This document shows, piece by piece, positions 56,992 to 64,000 of a DNA stretch of 64,000 nucleotides (its first letter is position 1; every line of letters begins with the position of its first letter). Under the pieces are notes generated by a model, which was not told the DNA's origin, made no database searches, and saw nothing but the letters and a program-made list of their open reading frames with translations. The stretch is from an uncultured Acidimicrobiaceae bacterium (lineage in GTDB: Bacteria > Actinomycetota > Acidimicrobiia > Spongiisociales > UBA5794). The translations under genes and the position numbers were made by a program. The DNA lies in the NCBI GenBank assembly GCA_947258985.1, contig CAMYKI010000001.1:46651-110650 (forward strand). The letters are read 5' to 3'.

Positions 56992-57941
56992 TACTCCCAC
57001 GCTCCCAGGACCGAAGAGATGAGGGCCATGCGCATCACAACGCCGTTGTAGGCCTCTTGCCAGTAGCGGGCGTGACGGGAGTCGTCGACCTCAGGGAGGA
57101 GTTCGTCACGACGGGGGAGGGAGTGCAGGATGATCGAGCTGCCCTTGGCCTTCCTCATGACCTCGCTGGTCACCTGATATTTGGCGTCGGTGCGGGCGTA
57201 GACCTCTTGCTTCTCTTGGCGTGCCTTGGTGTAGTCCGGCTGGACGACGGGCTCCATGTAGATGACGTCGGTGGTCTCGATGGCCTCGTCGATGTGATCG
57301 ACGATGCGGTAGTTGGTGCCCTTCTCGTCGAGCTCGGCGAGGAACTCGGGGAGCGGCGACATCTCTTCCGGGGCGAGGATGACCATCTCGGCATCGAACT
57401 GCGACAGGGCGTATCCGAGCGAGTGCATGGTGCGCATGCGGTGGTCGCCAACGGCCAGGATGGACTTGCCGTCGACCGATCCCATTTCCTTGGTGATCGT
57501 GTAGAGGTCGGTGAGGATCTGGGTGGGGTGTTCGCCCCAGCCGTCGCCACCATTGATGATGGGGATTGAAGCCCACTTGGCGGCCTCGTGCGGGGCGCCC
57601 TGGTCGAAGTGGCGCATGACGATGACATCGCCGTAGAACTCCAGCATGTGCATGGTGTCCTTGATGGACTCCTGATAGAAGTCGCCGGCCCGGGTCATCT
57701 TGGCGTCGGAAAAGCCGGTGACATGGCCACCGAGACGATGCATCGCTGCCTCATGGGCGAGGCGAGTACGTGTCGAGGGCTGATAAAAGGCAGTGACGAG
57801 AGTCTTGTGAGCGAGCATGTCACTGTTGCGCCGGTCGCGAGCGATGGGCTCGACACGGTCCGCAATCTCGAACAGGTGCATGAACTCGTTGCGCTCGAAG
57901 TCCTTTAGCGACAGGATGTCGCGTCCCGCAAAGCTGCGCAT
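56991..57941 (-). CDS. Aspartate-carbamoyltransferase-like carbamoyltransferase (substrate unknown)
   Basis: STRTR carbamoyl-phosphate motif, HPTQILTDL, HSLPRRDEL. AAGGAGGG RBS. Confidence 0.8.
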   Translation of the reverse strand: MRSFAGRDILSLKDFERNEFMHLFEIADRVEPIARDRRNSDMLAHKTLVTAFYQPSTRTRLAHEAAMHRLGGHVTGFSDAKMTRAGDFYQESIKDTMHMLEFYGDVIVMRHFDQGAPHEAAKWASIPIINGGDGWGEHPTQILTDLYTITKEMGSVDGKSILAVGDHRMRTMHSLGYALSQFDAEMVILAPEEMSPLPEFLAELDEKGTNYRIVDHIDEAIETTDVIYMEPVVQPDYTKARQEKQEVYARTDAKYQVTSEVMRKAKGSSIILHSLPRRDELLPEVDDSRHARYWQEAYNGVVMRMALISSVLGAWE

Positions 57942-57973
57942 TTGGGTGCCCTCCTTTTAAGGGGTTGTCGGAT

Positions 57974-58008
57974 TGGTCATACCATACTACAATATGATCA
58001 CAGTACTG
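57974..58008. promoter_or_regulatory. AT-rich divergent promoter with TGGTCATACCA (HutC-like half-palindrome), TACAAT and palindrome CAGTACTG
   Basis: Read directly between the carbamoyltransferase operon and gntR. Confidence 0.35.
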
Positions 58009-58024
58009 GCTAGTCCGAATTTTC

Positions 58025-58753
58025 ATGATCACCAGAAACCCATCACTCACCGACCAGGTGAAGGCTCACATCAAAGAGCAGATCGTCAACGATGAGTTCG
58101 AGGACGGTCGGATTCCTCCCGAGGCGTCCCTCGCCGAGGATCTCGGTGTCAGCCGCACCACCATTCGCGATGCTCTTGGCAAGCTCGAGCATGAGGGTGC
58201 CATCTACCGCAAGCAGGGTGCTGGCACGTTCGTCAACGAGGCCGGTCTCCAGATCAAATCGCGTCTCGAGGAGATCTGGTCGTACGAGCAGGTCCTGGAG
58301 GATCACGGCTATAAGCCTGTCGTCAAGGTCCTGACCGATGAGGTATTGCCGGTAAACGAGGACACAGCAGCCGCCCTTCATCTGGAAGACGGCGCAGATG
58401 TTCTGGTCATCGAGAAGCTGCTCATGGAGAACTCGACACCTGTCGTGCTCACTAGGAACCGTATCCCAGCGACGCTCCTCGAAGTAACCGACCGCAAGCG
58501 CAAGAACCTCCCGATTTACGAGTATCTCGAGGAGTACTGCGGCACGAGGCTCTCCTACTACGTATCGGAGATCGTGCCCGTGTCGTTCGACGCAGATCTG
58601 GCCAAGAAGCTCGGTGTGAAAAAGGGGACCCTCGGCCTGTCGTTCATCGAGGTTGGGTTCGACCAGAACAACGAAGCGGTCGTTCATGCCACCTCGTATT
58701 TTCGTGACGATTTGCTCAGGTTCCGTCTGATCAGACGGAAGGCCGGGGCATAG
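58025..58753 (+). CDS. GntR-family regulator, HutC/FarR subfamily (UTRA effector domain)
   Basis: N-terminal wHTH LPPEASLAEDLGVSRTTIRDAL..L..EG.IYR.QG.GTFV and a C-terminal UTRA-like domain. Confidence 0.85.
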   Translation: MITRNPSLTDQVKAHIKEQIVNDEFEDGRIPPEASLAEDLGVSRTTIRDALGKLEHEGAIYRKQGAGTFVNEAGLQIKSRLEEIWSYEQVLEDHGYKPVVKVLTDEVLPVNEDTAAALHLEDGADVLVIEKLLMENSTPVVLTRNRIPATLLEVTDRKRKNLPIYEYLEEYCGTRLSYYVSEIVPVSFDADLAKKLGVKKGTLGLSFIEVGFDQNNEAVVHATSYFRDDLLRFRLIRRKAGA

Positions 58754-58787
58754 AACAAATGAAGACCATCTACCTGCAAAGGAGCAG

Positions 58788-59828
58788 TTGATGCAGACAC
58801 ATCTGCACGGCCGTGACATGATCACGACCCAGGAGTGGACCAAGGATGAACTCGATACGATTATCGACGTCGCCCTTGATCTGAAGCGGCGCCGGGCCCT
58901 CGGCGAGCAGCACGCCCTATTGGACAACAAAGTCCTGGCGATGTTGTTCTTCTTCTCGAGCACCCGTACCCGCGCCAGCTTCGAGGCCGGTATGGCCCAA
59001 CTCGGCGGGCACGCCATGTTCCTCGATTCGACCAGCACTCAGATCGGCCACGGTGACACGTGGCGCGAGATCGGCGAGATCCTCGGTCGTTACGACGACG
59101 GTATCGCCATCCGCAACGTCGACTGGGACATCGGCAACAAGTACATCCGTGCGGTTGCAGACGCCAGCCGGACTCCGGTACTCAACATGCAGTGCGACTG
59201 GTACCACCCGTTCCAGGCGATTGCCGACCTGCTCACCGTCATCGAGCAGAAGGGCGACCCCCGCAAGCTGACGTTCAACATGAGCTATGCCTATGCGGAC
59301 AGCTATCAGAAGCCGATCAGTGTTGCCCAGTCGGTCATCTTGCTGATGACCCGCTACGGCGCCAACGTGCGGCTGACCCGTCCGCCGGAGTTCAAGCTGT
59401 ACCCGGAGATCATTGCCCAGGCCGAAGAGAATGCGAAGAAGTCGCACGGTTCCTTCGAGATCTACGAGGATTTCGAAGAGGGCATCGCCGGCGCCGACGT
59501 TGTCTATGCCAAGGCATGGGGCTCGATGCTGACTACTTCCGATCACGAAGAGTCGGCGAAGATCTCCGAGAAGTACACGGATTGGATCGTCGACGAGCGT
59601 CGCATGGACATGGCCGATGAGGACGCCATCTACATGCACCCGCTGCCGGCCGACCGCAACGTTGAGGTCGCCGACGGAGTCATCGACGGCCGCTGGAGCC
59701 GGGTCTTCGACCAGGCCGAGAACCGCCGACGTGACGGTCACCTACGTCGAACCGAGAAGTCCCAGGCAACGATGACTCCGCCCGCCGCGGCGGCGGCGGC
59801 GGCGGAGAGCAGCCACATCAGGTTGTAG
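58788..59828 (+). CDS. YgeW-like carbamoyltransferase (3' end questionable)
   Basis: SSTRTR, HPFQAIADL, HPLPADR. The block YADSYQKPISVAQSVILLMTRYGANV resembles my recollection of E. coli YgeW (YSPSYGKPLSVPQGIIGLMTRFG). The last 30 codons overlap the convergent MFS gene. Confidence 0.7.
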   Translation: MMQTHLHGRDMITTQEWTKDELDTIIDVALDLKRRRALGEQHALLDNKVLAMLFFFSSTRTRASFEAGMAQLGGHAMFLDSTSTQIGHGDTWREIGEILGRYDDGIAIRNVDWDIGNKYIRAVADASRTPVLNMQCDWYHPFQAIADLLTVIEQKGDPRKLTFNMSYAYADSYQKPISVAQSVILLMTRYGANVRLTRPPEFKLYPEIIAQAEENAKKSHGSFEIYEDFEEGIAGADVVYAKAWGSMLTTSDHEESAKISEKYTDWIVDERRMDMADEDAIYMHPLPADRNVEVADGVIDGRWSRVFDQAENRRRDGHLRRTEKSQATMTPPAAAAAAAESSHIRL

Positions 59829-60928
59829 GAACCGGTGCCATCCACGATGGCGCCGAATACCGGAGGGCCGACGCCGAGGCCGGTGAGGAAGCCGAACAGC
59901 ACAACCCCGGATGCCCTACCGGTCGCGGCGACACCTGCTTCGATCATGACCGCGAGCATGCCGACCGAGTTCCACGAGCTCGATCCAAGAGCGATCGCGA
60001 TCGCGGCGGGCCAGAGCAACCAGACCGCGATCTGGCCGGAAGCGAAGAACAATCCGGCAGCCAGCAACGAGAGCCCAGCCATCGTGAACAGCGAGCCGCG
60101 ATACGCACTCGACTGTTCGGCGTACCGGCTCCACACGATCCTGCCCGCCACCGCAATCACTGCAATCACCGCAACCGCGATTCCGCCTGCGATCGGGCTG
60201 AGATCCAGCGTCTCCTCGGCGAAGAGGGGCACGAGGTAGGTCACTGAGCCAGAGAACCCGGATAGAAATCCATACCCTGCAAGCCACCAGATAGCGCCGG
60301 GTAGCCGCATCCGCTGACGCTCTGGGTGATCCTCCGCGCCTTGGGGTGCGGCTGGAACCACCCACAGTGCCAGAAGAGCGAAGATCAGCGGGATGGCCGC
60401 AACCACGAGGTAGGCGCCTCGCCAGCCGATAGCGACGGCAATCGATGGAACAGTCAGCCCCCCGAGGAAGATCCCGAACTGGACGCCAGACTGTTTGATA
60501 CCCGTGATTAGGCCGCGTTCGCCCGCCGGTAGATCCTCGGCAATGAGCTTGTTCGTCGCGGGATTCGCGAACGCATTGGAGAACGCTCCGGTTAGAGACC
60601 CCGCCAGCAGCATCACGTACCCAGCTGCGATTCCGAGGAGGAGGAAGGTGGCGCCGGCGATCACGAACAGGGCGATGATCGCCGCCTTGCCGCCAATTCG
60701 ATCAGTGATGCGGCCGACAACCGGAGACAGCACTGCCGCCACGACGTTCACCACAGCCAGTACAACGCCGAGTTCGGCGCGGCTGATCGAGAGGTCGTCG
60801 ATGATGAACGTCGCAAGGATGCCGATCGAAGCAGCCGTGAACGTCGCCGCCCCCATGGCAACGAATAGCAGTGATCCAAAGGCAAACCGGCGCGTGCCGA
60901 GCAGCGGAGTGGCCATCCGCTGATTCAA
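59738..60928 (-). CDS. MFS transporter
   Basis: 396 aa, 12 TM helices. GRITDRIGGK loop motif. Confidence 0.8.
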   Translation of the reverse strand: MNQRMATPLLGTRRFAFGSLLFVAMGAATFTAASIGILATFIIDDLSISRAELGVVLAVVNVVAAVLSPVVGRITDRIGGKAAIIALFVIAGATFLLLGIAAGYVMLLAGSLTGAFSNAFANPATNKLIAEDLPAGERGLITGIKQSGVQFGIFLGGLTVPSIAVAIGWRGAYLVVAAIPLIFALLALWVVPAAPQGAEDHPERQRMRLPGAIWWLAGYGFLSGFSGSVTYLVPLFAEETLDLSPIAGGIAVAVIAVIAVAGRIVWSRYAEQSSAYRGSLFTMAGLSLLAAGLFFASGQIAVWLLWPAAIAIALGSSSWNSVGMLAVMIEAGVAATGRASGVVLFGFLTGLGVGPPVFGAIVDGTGSYNLMWLLSAAAAAAAGGVIVAWDFSVRRR

Positions 60929-61047
60929 GCCGTTTCAATGTCGTCGTGAGCGAGGCAGGTCCCACGACGAGTCGGCGAAGATCTCCGATCTGCCCGCTCA
61001 GTCGAACCTGCCGGACGAATCGGGCAGTTGCGTTCTAGGATCGGCGC

Positions 61048-61968
61048 ATGCCAGTGCACCATCTCGACGACGCGGCTCCGCAACCGTTCTGGGACAACAG
61101 CGTTCAGCCGCGGCTCACCATCGACCCCGGCGATACGGCGGTCATCGATTGTGCCGAACCGATTGGGCAGGTCACGCCCGACTGGACCAACGACGACTTC
61201 GCCAATGCCGACCCATCTCTGGCACATGCGCTGACCGGATCGATCGCCATCGCTGGAGCCGAGCCGGGGATGGTGCTCACCGTCGAGATCCTGGACATCG
61301 AGCACAAGAGTTGGGGCTGGAGCGGCCATATCCCTGAGTTCGGTCTCCTCGCTGAAGACTTCGATTTCCCCTACCTACGGCAATGGGAGCTCGATGGCGG
61401 GATCTGTCGCTTTCCGGTCGGTGGCATCGAGATCCCGGCGCACCCATTCCCGGGTGTGGTGGGAGTCGCCCCTGCGGAGCCGGGTCGGCTGGATACCTTC
61501 CCGCCGCGCGCCAACGCCGGGAACATCGACACCAAGGACTTGGTAGCGGGGTCGACTGCGTTCCTGCCCGTCCTCGTGCCCGAGGCACTGTTCTCGATCG
61601 GGGACTGTCACGCCGCCCAGGGTGACGGCGAGGTATGTGGAACCGGCATCGAGTCGCCGATGACGGTCACCGCCCGGTTCGACCTCCGCAACGATCTGGA
61701 CGTCGCCGAGATTCAGATTCGCCGTTCCGCGCCGCGCCGGCTTCTCGACGGAGAAGTGCACATCATGACCGCACACGGACCAGACCTCTTTGAGTCGGCA
61801 CAACGAGTGACCCGGTACATGATCGACTGGATAGTGGCGGAGTCCGGTTTGAGCGCCAGCGACGCCTACATCATCTGCAGCATCGCCGCCGACTTGCATA
61901 TCAGCGAAGTGGTCGACGCCCCGAACTGGCTCGTGTCGATGCACCTACCACTAGGCATCTGGGTCTAG
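61048..61968 (+). CDS. Acetamidase/formamidase-family amidohydrolase
   Basis: GNIDTKDL...GDCHAAQGDGEVCGT motifs typical of FmdA/AmdA. Confidence 0.8.
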   Translation: MPVHHLDDAAPQPFWDNSVQPRLTIDPGDTAVIDCAEPIGQVTPDWTNDDFANADPSLAHALTGSIAIAGAEPGMVLTVEILDIEHKSWGWSGHIPEFGLLAEDFDFPYLRQWELDGGICRFPVGGIEIPAHPFPGVVGVAPAEPGRLDTFPPRANAGNIDTKDLVAGSTAFLPVLVPEALFSIGDCHAAQGDGEVCGTGIESPMTVTARFDLRNDLDVAEIQIRRSAPRRLLDGEVHIMTAHGPDLFESAQRVTRYMIDWIVAESGLSASDAYIICSIAADLHISEVVDAPNWLVSMHLPLGIWV

Positions 61969-61991
61969 CGGAACGTGTTCTCAGCGTGACG

Positions 61992-63218
61992 CTACGGCCC
62001 CCGGGCCGGGTGGGTGAACTCGAACTCGCCGTCGGCGGTTCTCGTGATTGTCCAGCGGCTGTTGTGAAGCAGGGTGTGGTGTCTTCGGCACAGCAGGATC
62101 AGGTTGTCGATGTTGGTTTCGCCAAGTGACTCGACCCAGCCGGCGATGTGGTGCGCATCACACCACTGCGGTTTGCGACCGCAGCTGGGGAAACGGCAGT
62201 GCCGGTCCCGGACTGCGAGCGCCCTGCGCTGCGCCGGCGTGGCCACGCGAACTGAGCGGCCCATGTCGAGGATCTGTGACTTGCCGGCCATGATGAATCT
62301 GGTGAAGCGGGCATCGCAACCCATCTGATCGAGAATGGAACGGCCAACCGGCCCGATGCCCTCGATTTCGCAACGGGTCGCAGCCATCTTCGGTGACATG
62401 CCCACCAACTCAGCGACATCGGCAACAGCGACAACGGTCGGTGGGTTGCCACCGGGCACGCCACCGTTGATGTGCCGGTTGACAATGTCGACAAACGCAT
62501 CCGCACGGCGCTGCGAGAGGGTGCGAGTTCCGTCGGGTGCATCCTCGGGGTCGGGTGGCGCTTCATGATCGAGTGCGCCGAGCACGGCAGCGCCTGCGAT
62601 GGGATCCAGGAGGAAATCCCCCTGCACCCACCCGTCGAGCCCAATTGAGGCATGGAGGTGGCGACGTTCCCACTTCTCGTTGTGGGCGTCCTTGCTGAGG
62701 TGATCGTCGGCAAGCGAGGCCCAGCGCCTCATCAATGTGGTGAAGTCTCCGATAGGGAGGTTCATGGCCTGCTCGACAAGGGTTTCGACATGCTCCGCGA
62801 GCAGCGGCAGGCGAGCTGACGACATCACCCGGCCGATGGATTCGACATGAGGTGTGGTGATGTCGCCGTCGGCTAGCGCTGCGGCGATCTCGTCGTGCTC
62901 GTTGACAAGGCGAGCGTTCTTGACTAGTCGGCCTGCTTCGGGCTCGGATATGGGTGTGCGATGCGCCAGCCAAGCTCGGGGGGAGAGGGCGCCGTCGATC
63001 TCCCACGCCCGATCGCGATCCCAGTCGCCGGTAGCGCAGAGGATCTCGGCATCCAGCTGCTCTCGAACCTCCAACAGCTCCTGAAGCCGGTCGGACTTCG
63101 CCGCGCCGGTCCACCCGGTGCGGTCCTCAGAGGCGAGCGCGGCAACACCCATGCGTATCTGCAAGACAGGGTCCTCGGTGTCAATTGATGAGTGTGCCGA
63201 ATCCGTTGGTACGAACAT
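61992..63218 (-). CDS. DUF222-HNH endonuclease (13E12-repeat-type)
   Basis: C-terminal CRFPSCGRKPQWCDAHHI...NLILLCRRHHTLLH. TAATAT lies 7 nt upstream of ATG 63218, suggesting a leaderless start (alternative TTG at 63248). Confidence 0.8.
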   Translation of the reverse strand: MFVPTDSAHSSIDTEDPVLQIRMGVAALASEDRTGWTGAAKSDRLQELLEVREQLDAEILCATGDWDRDRAWEIDGALSPRAWLAHRTPISEPEAGRLVKNARLVNEHDEIAAALADGDITTPHVESIGRVMSSARLPLLAEHVETLVEQAMNLPIGDFTTLMRRWASLADDHLSKDAHNEKWERRHLHASIGLDGWVQGDFLLDPIAGAAVLGALDHEAPPDPEDAPDGTRTLSQRRADAFVDIVNRHINGGVPGGNPPTVVAVADVAELVGMSPKMAATRCEIEGIGPVGRSILDQMGCDARFTRFIMAGKSQILDMGRSVRVATPAQRRALAVRDRHCRFPSCGRKPQWCDAHHIAGWVESLGETNIDNLILLCRRHHTLLHNSRWTITRTADGEFEFTHPARGP

Positions 63219-63348
63219 ACGTTCGATATTACACGGTGTGTAGGACAAGAAAAGAGGTCAGTAGCGTTCCGAGCAGAGACTTCTCCTCCGGCTCCCACAG
63301 CCCAGGCCAGCGGCTAACCTGCCCCCAATTCATGGAGGGAGACAGAGC

Positions 63349-63639
63349 ATTTACGGACTCATCGGTGAGATCAAGGCCGTACCCGGCAAGCGCGACCAGT
63401 TGGCGAGAATCCTCGCCGGCATTGGCGCAATGCCCGGTTGCCTCAGCTACGTTGTCGCCACCGACGCCACCGACGCTGACTCCCTGTGGGTGACGGAGGT
63501 GTGGGAGAGCAAGCAGGCGCATACCGACTCGCTATCCCTTCCCGAAGTGCAGGAGGCCATCTCCAAGGGACGCCCGGTCATCGCCGGCCTAGGCACACGG
63601 ATCGAGACCGACCCCGTCGGCGGGATCGGTCTCGGCTAG
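63349..63639 (+). CDS. ABM-type (antibiotic biosynthesis monooxygenase-like) small protein, apparent ATT start
   Basis: IYGLIGEIKAVPGKRDQLARIL...LWVTEVWESKQAH is a full ABM fold. There is no in-frame ATG/GTG/TTG before residue 18. GGAGGGAG lies 7-10 nt upstream of the ATT. Confidence 0.55.
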   Translation: MYGLIGEIKAVPGKRDQLARILAGIGAMPGCLSYVVATDATDADSLWVTEVWESKQAHTDSLSLPEVQEAISKGRPVIAGLGTRIETDPVGGIGLG

Positions 63640-63705
63640 CCGATCGCCTTCGGCCTCGTGATCGAGCTGACGAATCAGGTCCCGCTGGGCCGTTAGCGCA
63701 TGCGA

Positions 63706-64000
63706 CTACGACGTGAGCTTCTTGGAATTGCTGGCAGAGATGGCCACTTTATGCGGTTTGGCTTCTTCGCGCATCGGGATTGTCACGGTCAGAACACCAT
63801 TCTCGTGGCTTGCTCTCACGCCACTGGTATCGAGCCGCTCGCCGAGGCGGACATCTCTGCGATGTGTGCCGGAGGGTCGCTCACGCAACAGCCACGTCAC
63901 TCCCTCGATATGTTCGACGGGGCGTTCCGCGGTGACCGTCAGCATATTGCCCTCAACGGTCAGGTCGACGTCGTCTGGGATCACGCCGGGAAGGTCGAAC
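63706..64000 (-). CDS. Hsp20/alpha-crystallin small heat-shock protein (5' end outside window)
   Basis: FDLPGV...LTV.AER...ENGVLTVTIP motifs. The frame is open to the window edge. Confidence 0.8.
   Translation of the reverse strand, partial: FDLPGVIPDDVDLTVEGNMLTVTAERPVEHIEGVTWLLRERPSGTHRRDVRLGERLDTSGVRASHENGVLTVTIPMREEAKPHKVAISASNSKKLTS

Overview
High-GC, densely coding chromosomal segment, about 62 CDS, with no rRNA, tRNA or CRISPR that I could support. Several markers suggest Actinomycetota: a DUF222-HNH gene, DUF1876, DivIVA, MprAB-PepD-like synteny, and a MoxR-DUF58-VWA operon. Many neighbouring genes are chained by ATGA, GTGA or TGATG stop/start overlaps.

The dominant theme is purine and nitrogen catabolism.

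1. Two paralogous BMP/PnrA-type (nucleoside-type) ABC importers lie at 1785-6704 and 33329-38154.
2. Locus A (8614-15822) holds an 860-aa [2Fe-2S]-fused molybdenum hydroxylase, an N-terminally truncated SsnA-like amidohydrolase, and a 1191-aa YgfK-like Fe-S flavoprotein.
3. Locus B (22823-29480) holds YqeC-like, YqeB-like, XdhC, a 970-aa XdhD-like hydroxylase and a YgfM-like FAD subunit, plus a divergent mocA. This is the accessory-gene signature of selenium-dependent molybdenum hydroxylases. No selD is visible in the window.
4. Locus C (53334-59828) holds a four-gene coupled operon under a divergent GntR/HutC regulator that also heads a YgeW-like carbamoyltransferase. The operon encodes an ATCase-like carbamoyltransferase, a carbamate kinase, a ThrC-like PLP enzyme and a 485-aa fold-II PLP enzyme.

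Other modules:
- gdhA followed by two tandem 124-aa paralogs of unknown function and a family III CoA-transferase.
- A TetR-controlled ABC-2 exporter.
- RR, HK and an HtrA/PepD-like protease running straight into MoxR-DUF58-VWA. The protease has an acidic LDELL-repeat tail instead of a PDZ domain.
- A Kv-type K+ channel with a C-terminal zinc ribbon.
- PadR, cytochrome c and an SLH-amidase.

The candidates I consider most worth follow-up are locus C together with loci A and B (a possibly non-canonical purine or ureido-compound pathway), the cysteine-less Fe-S-like domain of the XdhD-like protein, the tandem small paralogs next to gdhA, and the repeat-tailed protease coupled to MoxR.

All functional calls rest on motif and family recognition by eye. 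No searches were run.
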